Shown: positions 53,985 through 64,000, numbered from the stretch's first letter. The stretch is 64,000 nt of DNA from Thermoanaerobaculia bacterium (GCA_036522835.1 DATDFB010000057.1:3906-67905), one strand, 5' to 3'. Numbers and translations are program-made. Notes: a model not told the origin generated them from the sequence alone.

Positions 53985-56016
53985 CATCCCTGTTGGCAAC
54001 GGCTCGTTGCTCGTTGCCTTCGATGCCAAGTACCGCCTCGCCGACATCTACTTCCCCCATGTCGGCCACGAGAACCACAGCGGCGCGCGCTTCCGCTTCG
54101 GCATCTTCGCCGACGGCGTTTGCAGTTGGATCGAGGACGACCGCTGGCAGCGCACGCTCGGGTACCTGCGCGACACGATCGTCAGCGACGTGGTGGCCGA
54201 GAACGCCGAGCTGGGCCTGCGCCTGCGCTGCCACGACGCCGTCGATGCCGACGCCAACGTCTACGTCCGCAAAATCGTGGTGCGCAACACGCGCGACGAC
54301 GCCCGCACGGTGAAGTTCTTCTTCCACCACGACTTCAACCTCTACGGCAACCCGAACGGCGACACGGCCATGTTCGATCCCGACTCGGCGAGCGTCATCC
54401 ACTACAAGATGAAGCGCTACTTCCTCGTCAGCGCCGGCACGGATGCGCGCAGCGGCATCGACGAGTACGCATGCGGGCGGAGCGGCATCGGCGGCGAGGA
54501 GGGGACGTGGCGCGACGCCGAGGATGGCGCGCTGTCGATGAATGCCATTCAGCAGGGGTCGGTCGACTCGACGATCGCCATCAGCGTCGACATCGAAGCG
54601 CACGGCAGCGCCACCGTCTACTACTGGATCTGCGCCGGCGCGCGCTACGGCGAAGTGCGCGAGCTCGACCGCTACGTGCGCGAGGAGACGCCGGCGCGCA
54701 TCATCGCCCGCACCGCGTCGCTTTGGTACACGTGGGTCAACAAGAACGGCGAGGATCTCTCCGACCTGCCCGAGGAGATCGGCGATCTCTACCGGCGCTC
54801 GCTCCTGGTCGTGCAGACGCAGTGCGACCACGAGGGCGGCATCACCGCCGCGAACGACTCCGACATCGAGTGGAGCCACAACGATCACTACTCGTACGTC
54901 TGGCCGCGCGACGGCGCCTTCGTCGCCGACGCCATGGACCGCGCCGGCTTCCACGCCCTGGCGCGGCGCTTCCTACAGTTCGCGCACGACTCGATCTCCA
55001 GCGAAGGCTACTTCCTGCACAAGTACGCGCCCGACGGCTCGGTGGCGTCGGCGTGGAACCCGTGGGTACGCCGCGGCAAGAAACAACTCCCCATTCAGGA
55101 AGACGAGACCGCGCTGATCCTCTGGCTCGTGGCGCGGCACTACGAGCGGACGCGCGACCTCGAGTTCGTCCGGGCCGTCTACCGGCGCCTGGTCGTGCAG
55201 CCGGCGGAGTTCATGATCGACTTCCGCGATCCGCTCACGCATCTGCCGCAGCCGTCGTTCGACATCTGGGAGGAGCGGCAGGGCGTCTTCACCTTCACCT
55301 GCGCCGCGGTCTCCGCGGGGTTGCGCGCCGCCTCGGAGCTCGCCAACCTGTTCAACGAGCAGGAGCGGCGCAACCGCTACGCGCGCGCGGCGGCCGAGGT
55401 GCGCGATGCCATCGTGCGGCATCTGTGGCTCGAACAGGAGGGGCGCTTCGCGCGCGGCCTGGCGCTGCGCGACGACGACACGCTCGAGCTCGACGCCACG
55501 ATCGACGCCTCGGCGTTCGGTACGTTCTACCTCGACGTCTTTCCGGCGGAGAGCGCCATGGTGGAGGGCACGATGCGCGCCGTGCGCGAGGCGCTGTGGA
55601 TCTCGACGGAGACCGGCGGCGTGGCCCGTTACGAGCGCGACCGCTACCAGCGCACGAGCAACGATGACGAGAGCATCGCCGGGAACCCGTGGCTGATCTG
55701 CACGCTCTGGCTGGCCGAGCACGCCGTGGCGCGGGCGACGTCCGTGGCGGAGCTGCAATCGGCGCTCGACCTGGTGCGCTGGGCGCGCTCGAAGGCGCGG
55801 CCGTCGCTGGTGTTGCCCGAGCAGATCGATCCGTCGACGGGCGCGCCGCTCTCCGTCGCGCCGTTCACGTGGAGTCACGCGCAGGTGATCTCGGTCGTGC
55901 GCGGCTACCTCGACGCGCTTCGTTTTCTGCGCCGCGAATCGCGCGACAACGCCGCGCGCGGCGAGGAAAAAATCGCGCGCGATCATCCCGTTGACAAACC
56001 GAAATGGTTTCCATAG
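53974..56016 (+). CDS. glycoside hydrolase family 15 (glucoamylase / glucodextranase / trehalase-like)
   Basis: 680 aa. N-terminal beta-sandwich domain plus (alpha/alpha)6 catalytic domain with GH15 motifs (WPRDGAFVADAM, TFTCAAVSAGL). Confidence 0.78.
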   Translation: MPRDIPVGNGSLLVAFDAKYRLADIYFPHVGHENHSGARFRFGIFADGVCSWIEDDRWQRTLGYLRDTIVSDVVAENAELGLRLRCHDAVDADANVYVRKIVVRNTRDDARTVKFFFHHDFNLYGNPNGDTAMFDPDSASVIHYKMKRYFLVSAGTDARSGIDEYACGRSGIGGEEGTWRDAEDGALSMNAIQQGSVDSTIAISVDIEAHGSATVYYWICAGARYGEVRELDRYVREETPARIIARTASLWYTWVNKNGEDLSDLPEEIGDLYRRSLLVVQTQCDHEGGITAANDSDIEWSHNDHYSYVWPRDGAFVADAMDRAGFHALARRFLQFAHDSISSEGYFLHKYAPDGSVASAWNPWVRRGKKQLPIQEDETALILWLVARHYERTRDLEFVRAVYRRLVVQPAEFMIDFRDPLTHLPQPSFDIWEERQGVFTFTCAAVSAGLRAASELANLFNEQERRNRYARAAAEVRDAIVRHLWLEQEGRFARGLALRDDDTLELDATIDASAFGTFYLDVFPAESAMVEGTMRAVREALWISTETGGVARYERDRYQRTSNDDESIAGNPWLICTLWLAEHAVARATSVAELQSALDLVRWARSKARPSLVLPEQIDPSTGAPLSVAPFTWSHAQVISVVRGYLDALRFLRRESRDNAARGEEKIARDHPVDKPKWFP

Positions 56017-56067
56017 ATTGTCGAAACCGGCTTAAAACAAGGGGTTTCGCACAGGAGGAAGGCGTAT

Positions 56068-56373
56068 ATGGCAGGAAAAGGTGACGTCATCAACGAGATC
56101 GCCGACCAGGCTGGGATCTCGAAGAAGGAAGCGGCCGCAGCGTTCGACGCATTCGTCAGCTACATCTCCGGCTCGTGCCAGCGAGGCGAGCGCTGCTCGA
56201 TCCCAGGGCTCGGCAGCTTCTCCGTCTCGCAGCGCAAGGCGCGCGAGGGCCGCAACCCCCGCACGAACGAAAAGATCACCATCCCGGCATCGAAGAACGT
56301 CCGCTTCAAGGCCGGCAAGGACCTCAAGGACGCCGTAAACGTTTCCGGTAAGCGGGGGTCGAAGAAGAAGTAG
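56068..56373 (+). CDS. HU family DNA-binding protein with Lys-rich tail
   Basis: MAGKGDVINEIADQAGISKKEAAAAFDAF...RNPRTNEKITIPASKNVRFKAGKDLKD, the typical HU/IHF fold sequence. Confidence 0.85.
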   Translation: MAGKGDVINEIADQAGISKKEAAAAFDAFVSYISGSCQRGERCSIPGLGSFSVSQRKAREGRNPRTNEKITIPASKNVRFKAGKDLKDAVNVSGKRGSKKK

Positions 56374-56446
56374 CCCGTCACCTGCCAGAAGCCTGCGATG
56401 AACGAGCGCTCCGGGAAGCCGGAGCGTTTTTCGTTTAAGTTGTTAG

Positions 56447-56690
56447 GTTCGCAGGTTGTTACGTTCTTCACCGATCGAAGAGCGCACGCTTCCGATCGAA
56501 GAACGAACGCTTCAATCGGAATCGTGCGCTCTTCGATTTTAATCGTACGCTCTTCGATCTTTATCGCGCGCTCTTCGATCTTTATCGCGCGCTCTTCGAT
56601 CGGAATCGCGCGCTCTTCGATCGGAATGGCGCACTCTTCGATCGGAATCGTGCGTTCTTCGGTTGCAAGCGTGCGTTCTTCGAAAACAAC
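56447..56690. repeat. Tandem repeat array, ~21-23 bp unit (GCTCTTCGATCGGAATCGCGC consensus), ~9-10 copies; first two units in inverted orientation
   Basis: Successive units gctcttcgattttaatcgtac / gctcttcgatctttatcgcgc (x2) / gctcttcgatcggaatcgcgc / gctcttcgatcggaatggcgca / ctcttcgatcggaatcgtgcgt and so on. Preceded by inverted units gatcgaagagcgc. Flanked by AAGAAC-type motifs. No unique spacers, so not CRISPR. Confidence 0.8.
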
Positions 56691-56723
56691 CTAAGAACTC
56701 AACAACTTAACAACCGGATCACC

Positions 56724-57749
56724 TCAAACCCACGCCCGCGGTACGAACAACGTCTCATACAACTTGATCGCGTACCGATCCGTCATCCCGGCCACGAAGT
56801 CGATGGCCAGCCGCTCGGTCGTCTCTTCGCTGTTCACCGGCAGGTACTCCTCGGGGTGGGCGACGACGTACTCGAAGAGCGCGGTGACGATGCGCTTCGC
56901 TTTTTCCAATTCGTCGCGCACGGCGGGGATGAGGTACATGTGCTCGAACATGTAGCGGCGTAGCTCTTCGAGCGCCTCCAGCACCTCGGCCGACATGCGG
57001 ATCGCCTCGTAGCCGCAGGCGAGCGTCTGGGCGACGACGTCGCGCACCATGCGGTCGATGCGCTGGCTGCCGGTGGGGCCGAGCGTGTCGCGGATCGCCT
57101 TCGGGATGTCGTCCTCGGTCAAGAGGCCGGCGCGGATGCCGTCGTCGATGTCGTGGTTCACGTAGGCGACGATGTCGGAGATGCGCACGATGTCGCCCTC
57201 GAGCGTGAGCGCCCGGGAGCGCGGCCGCGAGCGCAGCAACTCTCCCTTCTCGCCCTTCGAATGTTTGAGGATGCCGTCGCGCACTTCGATCGTGAGGTTG
57301 AGGCCGCGGCCGTCGTTCTCCAGCACCTCCACGACGCGCACCGACTGCCGGTAGTGATCGAAGCCGCCGCGCACGAGCTTATTGAGCGCCGCCTCGCCGG
57401 CGTGCCCGAACGCGGAGTGCCCGAGGTCGTGGCCGAGACCGATGGCCTCGGTGAGCACTTCGTTGAGGCGCAGCGACTTCGCGATCGTGCGCGCGATCTG
57501 CGTCACCTCCAGCACGTGCGTCAGGCGCGTGCGGTAGTGGTCGCCCTCGGGTGCGAGGAACACCTGCGTCTTGTGCTTGAGGCGCCGGAAGGCCTTGCAG
57601 TGAATGATGCGGTCGCGGTCGCGCTGGTAGGAGGGGCGGAGGTCGTCCTCCGGCTCGGCGCGGTCGCGGCCGCGCGTGCCGGCGCTCTTCGCGGCGCGCG
57701 GGTGAAACGTCTCGGCTTCGATTTGCTCGAGGGTCTCGCGGATCGTCAC
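56724..57749 (-). CDS. dgt: dGTPase-like HD-domain triphosphohydrolase
   Basis: HD motif region RLTHVLEVTQIARTIAKSL...GHDLGHSAFGH. 341 aa. Confidence 0.85.
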   Translation of the reverse strand: MTIRETLEQIEAETFHPRAAKSAGTRGRDRAEPEDDLRPSYQRDRDRIIHCKAFRRLKHKTQVFLAPEGDHYRTRLTHVLEVTQIARTIAKSLRLNEVLTEAIGLGHDLGHSAFGHAGEAALNKLVRGGFDHYRQSVRVVEVLENDGRGLNLTIEVRDGILKHSKGEKGELLRSRPRSRALTLEGDIVRISDIVAYVNHDIDDGIRAGLLTEDDIPKAIRDTLGPTGSQRIDRMVRDVVAQTLACGYEAIRMSAEVLEALEELRRYMFEHMYLIPAVRDELEKAKRIVTALFEYVVAHPEEYLPVNSEETTERLAIDFVAGMTDRYAIKLYETLFVPRAWV

Positions 57750-57762
57750 CGCGGCAATCGTA

Positions 57763-59337
57763 TCAGTGCCGCGCCGCGCGGCGGCGCACGTTCGGCGCCG
57801 GCGGGATCACCAGCAGCGTCACGCTCTTCGCCGGCAGCGTGAGCGAGAGCGCGCCGCCGCTGACGGCGACGTCGGCTAGGCGCGCGACGTGAGTGCCGGA
57901 GGCGAGCTGCCACCGCTGCGCGTTCGCGGCGGCGTTGAAGTTCGACAACTTGACGGCTGCCGCCGTCGTGCCGCTGAGGACTTTCACGATCATCACCGTG
58001 AGCGCGTTGTCGGACGAGCGCTGCGCGGCGAAGACGGCGACATCGTCCGGATTCGGGCCGCCGGCGCCGACCGAGGTGTCGCCGAACGCCGACTTCGCGC
58101 CGTCGTAGTTGCGATAGATCTTGATCGCGTCGTACGCCGGCGAGCCGGCAGCGGGCGTCGTCCAGCGCGCGGCGAGGTCGAGGCCCTCGCGGCCGAAGAT
58201 GCCGAGGACGTCCGCCTGCGCCGTGGCGCCGTTCATGTTCCCCTCGGCGCCCCAGTTGTACTCGGTGATCCCGATCGGCAGTCCCGCCGCCCACTCGCGC
58301 ATGCGCGGAATCAGCCGCACCGTGTCGCCGATCCACGACTCATCGACGTACTTCGGGTCCCACAGCGAGCGCGTGGAGCGGTTGCGGCGGAGCTGCATGG
58401 CCGTGGAGAGGTCGTCGCTGAGCTCGCCGCTTTGCGGGTAATAGTGCACGGTGACGACGTCGAGCAGCCCGCGCAACTGCGAGACGAGCCACGGCACGGA
58501 CTCCGCGCCGCCGTGCGCCGTGCGGTCGGGAAAGCTCGACCAGTCGTGCGCCGCGGCCCACTGCTGGTCGTAGCCGCTGTAGAAGTACCCGGCCCAGCCC
58601 CACTCCTCGGGGCCGCAGATCAGCGCATTCGGGTCGGTGGCGCGGATGCGCTGGGCGTGATCGCGCATCTTCGCCAGCACTTCGTCCATCGTTGCGCCGG
58701 CCGGGTGCACGTCGCGGTGCGTGGCGTGCCAGATCGACGGCTCGTTGTCGAGCAGGTACCAGCGCACGCCGCCCCACTGCGTGACGAGATGTTGCACCCA
58801 GGCCTGCTGGAAGAGCGCGTCGACCGGCATGTTCGCGTCGTTTGGATCGTTGCCGCCGATCTCGCTGCCGTTCGCGCGCACGCCGTTGCCGGCGTCAGGC
58901 ATGTATGGGTCGGTGGACTGCTGCGCGCCGTACTTCGCCACGGAGAAGCTCGCCAGCTTGGCGCGGTTCGGACCGAGCTTCGCCGTCCAGCCGATCATGG
59001 GGATGGTGATCATCGGCTGCGCGCCGGCCGACTTCGTGTCGCGGATGAACGCGTCGGCGCTCTCGCCGGCGAGCGCGCTGGTCTCGCCGATCGACTCGTA
59101 GAACCAGTCGGCGGCGCGGTTGGCGGCGTTGAGCTGCCAGTTGTAGCGCGTCGCGGCGTTGCCGCCGGAGCGGTTCAGCGGGACGTTGAGGTCGGCCAGT
59201 TGCGCCGCCGTGGCGAAGGCGACCCCGTAGACGTTCGGATTGATCGGATGGCGATTCGCGGCCGCGTCGACGTTGATGGCGATCTGCGCGAAAAGCGCCG
59301 GCGCGAAGAAGAGCGCGGCGAGCACACTCCAGCCCAA
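57763..59337 (-). CDS. secreted glycoside hydrolase (GH44-like TIM-barrel plus beta-sandwich)
   Basis: Signal peptide MGWSVLAALFFAPALFAQ. 524 aa. Conserved acidic/aromatic pattern (ITEYNWGAEG) resembling GH44 endoglucanases. Family assignment is tentative. Confidence 0.5.
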   Translation of the reverse strand: MGWSVLAALFFAPALFAQIAINVDAAANRHPINPNVYGVAFATAAQLADLNVPLNRSGGNAATRYNWQLNAANRAADWFYESIGETSALAGESADAFIRDTKSAGAQPMITIPMIGWTAKLGPNRAKLASFSVAKYGAQQSTDPYMPDAGNGVRANGSEIGGNDPNDANMPVDALFQQAWVQHLVTQWGGVRWYLLDNEPSIWHATHRDVHPAGATMDEVLAKMRDHAQRIRATDPNALICGPEEWGWAGYFYSGYDQQWAAAHDWSSFPDRTAHGGAESVPWLVSQLRGLLDVVTVHYYPQSGELSDDLSTAMQLRRNRSTRSLWDPKYVDESWIGDTVRLIPRMREWAAGLPIGITEYNWGAEGNMNGATAQADVLGIFGREGLDLAARWTTPAAGSPAYDAIKIYRNYDGAKSAFGDTSVGAGGPNPDDVAVFAAQRSSDNALTVMIVKVLSGTTAAAVKLSNFNAAANAQRWQLASGTHVARLADVAVSGGALSLTLPAKSVTLLVIPPAPNVRRRAARH

Positions 59338-59423
59338 GTACGCCGGCCAGTGCGTGTGAGCGTTCGCGCCGTGAAGGATTGGGGCAATCTAGGCTTCCGT
59401 CGCTGGAGAAGAGGTGAGCCAGC

Positions 59424-59855
59424 TCACAAACGGAGCTCCAGGAAGCGCGAGCCCTCGACGGGATTGAAGCGATACGGCGCGATGTCGGTGAAGCCGAGCT
59501 CCTCGTACAGCGCCATGGCCGCGCGCATCTGCGGCAGCGTATCGAGGCGCATCCGCTCGTAGCCGCGGCGCCGCGCCTCGGCGATGACGGCCTCCGCCAG
59601 CGCGCGGCCGAGGCCGCGGCCGCGGGCGGTGGGGCGGACGTAGAGGCGCTTCATCTCGCAGATGCGCTCGTCAATCCGGCGCAGCGCCACACAGCCGCCG
59701 GCGTCGCCGGCGACGAAGATGCACTCGTAAAACTCGCCGAGATGCGCGAGCTCGTCGTCGAAGTTCTGGAATCCGAGGTCGACGCCGAGCGACGCCGCGT
59801 ACTCGAGGAAGAGCTCGCGGACGACGCCGAGATCGCGCGCGGGAGCGATGGTCAT
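59424..59855 (-). CDS. GNAT family N-acetyltransferase
   Basis: 143 aa. [13 protein letters not shown] acetyl-CoA motif. The ORF-track upstream extension to 60752 is antisense to the methyltransferase gene. Confidence 0.72.
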   Translation of the reverse strand: MTIAPARDLGVVRELFLEYAASLGVDLGFQNFDDELAHLGEFYECIFVAGDAGGCVALRRIDERICEMKRLYVRPTARGRGLGRALAEAVIAEARRRGYERMRLDTLPQMRAAMALYEELGFTDIAPYRFNPVEGSRFLELRL

Positions 59856-59864
59856 TCGCCGATA

Positions 59865-60854
59865 ATGCGCAGCGCTTCGATGCGACGCAAGCTGATGGAG
59901 ATCCTCGCGGAGCCCGGCACGGGCGCGCCGCTGCGGCTGGAGGTGACGCGCGGCTCCGGCGACGTCGTCGAGGAAGGCGCGCTCGTCTCCGAGACGAAGC
60001 GCTATCCGATCGCCGGCGGCATTCCGCGCTTCGTCGAGCCCGACAACTACGCGGCGTCGTTCGGCCAGCAGTGGAACGCCTTCCGCGAAGTGCAGCTCGA
60101 CTCGGCGAACGGCGCGTCGTATTCGCGGCGGCGCTTCGACGCCGAGGTTGGGTGGGCGGAGGATGAGCTGCGCGGGAAGTGGCTGCTCGACGCCGGCTGC
60201 GGCGCCGGACGCTTCGCCGAGGTGAGCGCGGCGCGCGGGGCGAACCTCGTCGCGCTCGATCTCTCCTCGGCCGTCGATGCCGCGGCCAAAACGCTCGCGC
60301 GCTTTCCGAACGCCGACGTCGTGCAGGGGAGCATCCTCGATCCGCCGTTCCGCCGCGGCGCGTTCGACTTCTGCTATTGCATCGGCGTCATCCAGCACAC
60401 CCCCGACCCGCCGCGGGCCATCCGCACGCTCGCCGGCGCCGTGCGCCCCGGCGGAAAGTTCGCGTTCACGATGTACGGGCGGCGCTGGTACACGAAGCTC
60501 TATGCGAAGTACCTGGTGCGCCCGCTGACGAAGCGGATGCGGCCGGCCACGCTGCTGGCGGCGATCGAGACGACGATGCCGTTCTTCTTCCCGCTGACCG
60601 ACGCCTTGTTCCGCGCGCCGCTCATCGGAAAGCTCGCCGGCTTCACCATTCCGATCGCGAACGATCCGTCGATGACGGAGCTCACGCGCGAGCAGCGCTA
60701 CCGCCTGGCCATCCTCGACACCTTCGACATGCTCGCGCCGCAGCACGACCACCCGATGACGTGGCAGGAGATGGAGCGCGAGCTGCGCGCGGCGGGAGCG
60801 GCGCGGTGGGAGTTCAGGAGCCGGGTGCCGGTGGTCGTGTCAGGAGTCCGCTAG
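59865..60854 (+). CDS. class I SAM-dependent methyltransferase with N-terminal Trm112-like segment
   Basis: SAM motif [11 protein letters not shown] and motif II/III region. Start chosen at the first Met outside the divergent GNAT gene. Confidence 0.68.
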   Translation: MRSASMRRKLMEILAEPGTGAPLRLEVTRGSGDVVEEGALVSETKRYPIAGGIPRFVEPDNYAASFGQQWNAFREVQLDSANGASYSRRRFDAEVGWAEDELRGKWLLDAGCGAGRFAEVSAARGANLVALDLSSAVDAAAKTLARFPNADVVQGSILDPPFRRGAFDFCYCIGVIQHTPDPPRAIRTLAGAVRPGGKFAFTMYGRRWYTKLYAKYLVRPLTKRMRPATLLAAIETTMPFFFPLTDALFRAPLIGKLAGFTIPIANDPSMTELTREQRYRLAILDTFDMLAPQHDHPMTWQEMERELRAAGAARWEFRSRVPVVVSGVR

Positions 60855-61631
60855 CTCGCCCCGCAGCGTCGTCACCGCCTGGCCGCCGAGCTTGACCCGG
60901 TCGCCGGCGAGCCGCACGCGCAGCTCGCCGCCGCGCCGGGAAACCTGCAGCGCGCGCATTTCCGTCTTGCCGAGACGCGCGGACCAGAACGGCGCGAGGC
61001 AGCAGTGCGCGCTGCCGGTGACCGGATCCTCGGGGACGCCGGCGGCTGGGGCGAAGAAGCGCGAGACGAAGTCGGCGCCGTCCGTCGACGCCTTGCTCGT
61101 CACCATCACGCCGCGCGCCTGGATCTGCGCCAGCCGCGCGAAGTCGGGCTGCAGGGCACGCACCTCGTCCTCGGAATCGACTTCGACGAGGTAGTCGAGC
61201 TCGTTGCGGCCGACGTAGGCCGCGCGTTGCACGCCGAGCGACGGCAGCAGGCCATCCGGCGGCGCGGTCTCTCGTTCCCTCAACGCGGGGAAGTCGAGCT
61301 CGATCCACTCCCCGTCGCGCGATGCCGTCAACGCGCCGCTCAGCGTGTAGAAGCGCGCAACGTCGTTCGCGCCGAGCCGCCCCTCCTCCCACAGCGCGTG
61401 CGCGCTGCCGAGCGTGGCGTGGCCGCAGAGCTTCACCTCGACCGAGGGGGTGAACCAGCGCAGCGACCAGCCGTCGCCGCGCGGGAGGAGGAACGCCGTC
61501 TCGGAGAGATTCATCTCCGCGGCGACGTTCCTCATCCACTCATCGCCGCGCTCGCGGTCGAGAAAGCAGACCGCCGCGGGGTTGCCGCGGAACGGCTCGG
61601 ACGTGAACGCGTCGACCTGGATCAGGCGCAT
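60840..61631 (-). CDS. PhzF-family (phenazine biosynthesis-like) isomerase
   Basis: MRLIQVDAFTSEPFRGNPAAVCFL and PVTGSAHCCLAPFW motifs typical of PhzF/DAP-epimerase-like fold. Confidence 0.85.
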   Translation of the reverse strand: MRLIQVDAFTSEPFRGNPAAVCFLDRERGDEWMRNVAAEMNLSETAFLLPRGDGWSLRWFTPSVEVKLCGHATLGSAHALWEEGRLGANDVARFYTLSGALTASRDGEWIELDFPALRERETAPPDGLLPSLGVQRAAYVGRNELDYLVEVDSEDEVRALQPDFARLAQIQARGVMVTSKASTDGADFVSRFFAPAAGVPEDPVTGSAHCCLAPFWSARLGKTEMRALQVSRRGGELRVRLAGDRVKLGGQAVTTLRGELADS

Positions 61632-62420
61632 CTAGAACCCCGGAACCTTCGCCGCTTTCTTGTACAGCAGCCAGACCACGAAAAAGCCGAGAACGATCAC
61701 GCCGGCGGCGTATGCGTCGCGCGCGGCATTGCTGAACATCGGGAAGTAGTGGTTGCTGAGCATGAACAGCACCAGCGGCACCGACATGTACGTGTTGTGC
61801 CGCGAGCGCAGCCCGGCGATCTTCACCTCGGCCGAGTCGGCCGGCAGCGGCGTCCCCGCCTTCGTCGCGGCGATGATCTTTTTCTGGTACGGCCAGATCA
61901 GCATCCAGACATTGAGCGCCATCGTCGTGCCGAAGGTCATGCCGCCGTGGATGTAGAGCGCGCGGCCGCCGTAATGGCCGACGCACTCCAGGAGAGCCCA
62001 AACGCCGGCATAGAGCACCAGACAGATCGCCGCGCCGACGACCTTGTTCGGAAGCGCCTTCATGATCGCGTTGTAGACCACGAAGCCGACGGCGAGCGTG
62101 ACCAGGTAGATGGCCAGCCAGAGCCAGGGGTTGTTGTCGGCGTGGTTGTCGTCGAAGAGCTGCTTCCGTTCGGAGTAGTAGACAAGTCCAGCCAGGACGA
62201 AGCCGGTGATCCAGGTCCAGGCCGCGCCCCAGCGGAACCAGAACAGCGCGCGCGGCATTAGCTCGGGGTTGACGGCGCGCTTGGTCGGGCCGTCGATCTT
62301 GCCCTGGAACGGGCCGTTGACCCAGTTGAAGAACCAGAGATGGCCGATCCAGGCGATGGCGGCGATCACGTGAGCCCAGCGAAAGAAGAGGTTGAGTAGC
62401 GTGTTCAGCGGTTCATTCAT
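61632..62420 (-). CDS. DUF989-family integral membrane protein (urate hydroxylase PuuD N-terminal domain-like)
   Basis: N-terminal FRWAHVIAAIAWIGHLWFFNWVN motif and about 6 TM helices. Confidence 0.5.
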   Translation of the reverse strand: MNEPLNTLLNLFFRWAHVIAAIAWIGHLWFFNWVNGPFQGKIDGPTKRAVNPELMPRALFWFRWGAAWTWITGFVLAGLVYYSERKQLFDDNHADNNPWLWLAIYLVTLAVGFVVYNAIMKALPNKVVGAAICLVLYAGVWALLECVGHYGGRALYIHGGMTFGTTMALNVWMLIWPYQKKIIAATKAGTPLPADSAEVKIAGLRSRHNTYMSVPLVLFMLSNHYFPMFSNAARDAYAAGVIVLGFFVVWLLYKKAAKVPGF

Positions 62421-62468
62421 GCGCCCTCCTCAAAGATCTGTCGTTTGGAGTAGCCTGCCGCCGATTAT

Positions 62469-63158
62469 ATGGAATTCCAAGAACGCATCGCCGTCATCAC
62501 CGGCGCGTCGAGCGGCATCGGCGCCAGTTGCGCGCGGAAACTCGCCGAGCGCGGCGCCCGCGTCGTCCTCTTCGCCCGCTCGCTCGACAAGCTGCGCGAG
62601 ATCGCCGCGCGGCACGAAGACCGCATGCTCGCCGTCTCCGGCGACGTGGCCGAGGAAGCCGACATCGAGCGTCTCTTCGCGGAGACGGAGTCGCGCTTCG
62701 GCGCGTGCGACCTCCTGATCAACAACGCCGGCATGATCGATCCGAAGCCGATGGAAGCGACGAGCGCGGACGACTGGGACCGCATGTTCGCGGTGAACGT
62801 CCGCGGCGCGTTCCTCTGCGCGCGGCGCGCGCTGCGGGCGATGCCGGGCGGCGCGGCGATCGTCAACGTCGCCTCGATCTCCGGCGTGGCCGGCCCGGAG
62901 AAGTTCCCCGGCTGGATCTCCTACTGCGCGAGCAAGGGGGCGGTGATCTCCATGACCGAGGCGATGGCGGTGGAGCTGAAGGGGCGTGGCGTGCGCGTGA
63001 ACTGCGTGAGCCCCGGCTCGGTCGACACGAAGATGTGGGCGGAGGCGAGCGGAGGCGCGCCCGCGGACATGACGCCGGACGAGGTCGCGGAAACGATTCT
63101 CTTTCTGGCCTCGGAGCGCTCGCGGCCGATGAACGGACAGAACGTCAATGTGTGGTGA
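62469..63158 (+). CDS. SDR family short-chain dehydrogenase/reductase
   Basis: TGASSGIG cofactor motif, NNAG, catalytic S...YxxxK (YCASK). Confidence 0.85.
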   Translation: MEFQERIAVITGASSGIGASCARKLAERGARVVLFARSLDKLREIAARHEDRMLAVSGDVAEEADIERLFAETESRFGACDLLINNAGMIDPKPMEATSADDWDRMFAVNVRGAFLCARRALRAMPGGAAIVNVASISGVAGPEKFPGWISYCASKGAVISMTEAMAVELKGRGVRVNCVSPGSVDTKMWAEASGGAPADMTPDEVAETILFLASERSRPMNGQNVNVW

Positions 63159-63170
63159 CGGGCGCAGATC

Positions 63171-64000
63171 GTGACGTCGCAAGAACACCACCTGCGCCCG
63201 ACCTGGGCCGAGGTCGACCTCGGCGCGTTCCGCCGCAACGTCGACGCCGTCGCGCGCATGCTGCCGGAGCGCTCGCGCCTCATCGCCGTGCTGAAGGCAA
63301 ACGCGTACGGCCACGGCGCGGTGGAGGTGGCGCGCGCGTGCCACCACGACCGCGTGGCCATGATCGCCGTGGCGTTGCTCGAGGAGGCGCTACAGCTGCG
63401 CGCCGCCGGCATCGCGCTGCCGATCCTCGTGCTCGGAGCGCTGACGCGCGAGCAGATCGCCGTGGCCACGGACAAGAGCATTGTCCCCGGCGTCATCGGC
63501 CCCGAGGAGCTCGCCTACGCGTGCGACGTGGCGCGGGACCGCGACGTCACCGTGCACCTCAAGCTCGACAGCGGCATGGGGCGGATGGGGATTCTCGAAG
63601 CGGAGCTCCCGCGGGCGATCGAGATGATCCGCTCCGCGCCGCGGCTGCGCATCGACGCGATCTACACCCACTACGCGAACGCGGACGATCCGCTCGACGC
63701 ATTCACGCAGACGCAGACGGAGAATTTTCAGCGCCTGCTGGCCAAGCTGCGCGAGGCGGGCATCGACGCGCCGGCGCACCACGCCGCGAACAGCGCGGCC
63801 ACGATGCGGGGATTGGTCGCGCCGGGAGACTACGCGCGAACGGGAATCGTGCTGTACGGCGTCAAGCCGCTGGAGCCTGTCCTCCGCTGGCGCACGGAGA
63901 TCGTGCGCTTGAAAACGCTCCCCCCCGGCTACGCCATCGGCTACGGCACGACCTTCCACACCGCGCGCGAAAGCCGCATCGCCACGCTGCCCGTCGGTTA
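63171..64000 (+). CDS. alr: alanine racemase (3' end beyond window)
   Basis: GTG start. AVLKANAYGHG PLP-lysine motif. Continues to the window end without a stop. Confidence 0.85.
   Translation, partial: MTSQEHHLRPTWAEVDLGAFRRNVDAVARMLPERSRLIAVLKANAYGHGAVEVARACHHDRVAMIAVALLEEALQLRAAGIALPILVLGALTREQIAVATDKSIVPGVIGPEELAYACDVARDRDVTVHLKLDSGMGRMGILEAELPRAIEMIRSAPRLRIDAIYTHYANADDPLDAFTQTQTENFQRLLAKLREAGIDAPAHHAANSAATMRGLVAPGDYARTGIVLYGVKPLEPVLRWRTEIVRLKTLPPGYAIGYGTTFHTARESRIATLPVG

Noticed and set aside
56447-56690. Possible CRISPR array
   Set aside because: The repeats are directly adjacent with no unique spacers. The unit (~21-23 bp) is shorter than typical CRISPR repeats and there are no cas genes nearby. 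It is called as a tandem repeat instead.
1-64000. rRNA / tRNA / tmRNA genes
   Set aside because: I scanned the intergenic regions for the T-loop (GGTTCGAATCC-like) and acceptor-stem signatures and found none. No lower-GC structured block of rRNA size exists in the window.

Overview
High-GC bacterial chromosomal segment. The likely source is an Acidobacteria-type genome; this is inferred from a TIGR03436-like VWA secreted protein, abundant TPR and Ser/Thr-kinase architecture, and several ECF sigma modules. It is densely packed (~60 genes) and mostly housekeeping. Gene content: purine (purD, purE), heme (ccsA-like/hemX, hemA, hemC, cobA-hemD fusion), proS, fmt-rsmB, hflX, alr, HU and a dgt-like HD hydrolase. 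Accessory content: two ECF sigma/anti-sigma envelope modules, a contiguous bacillithiol operon (bshC-bshB-bshA) headed by an MglA-like GTPase gene, a LigB-RidA fusion next to kynB and eda, glycoside hydrolases (GH15, GH44-like), an O-antigen ligase plus GT4, and a lytic transglycosylase. I found no rRNA, tRNA or CRISPR. The most striking feature is at least four families of short palindromic MITE/REP-like repeats, roughly 20 copies in total. Several sit in-frame inside conserved genes (hemC, rsmB, bshC, a PPTase, a sulfatase-family gene and a 1041-aa membrane protein), which recalls Rickettsia palindromic elements. Three copies abut start codons. There is also a ~21-22 bp tandem repeat array downstream of HU and a ~205-bp nested inverted repeat immediately upstream of hemA. 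Many long ORFs on the strand opposite to real genes are high-GC artifacts and are not called.
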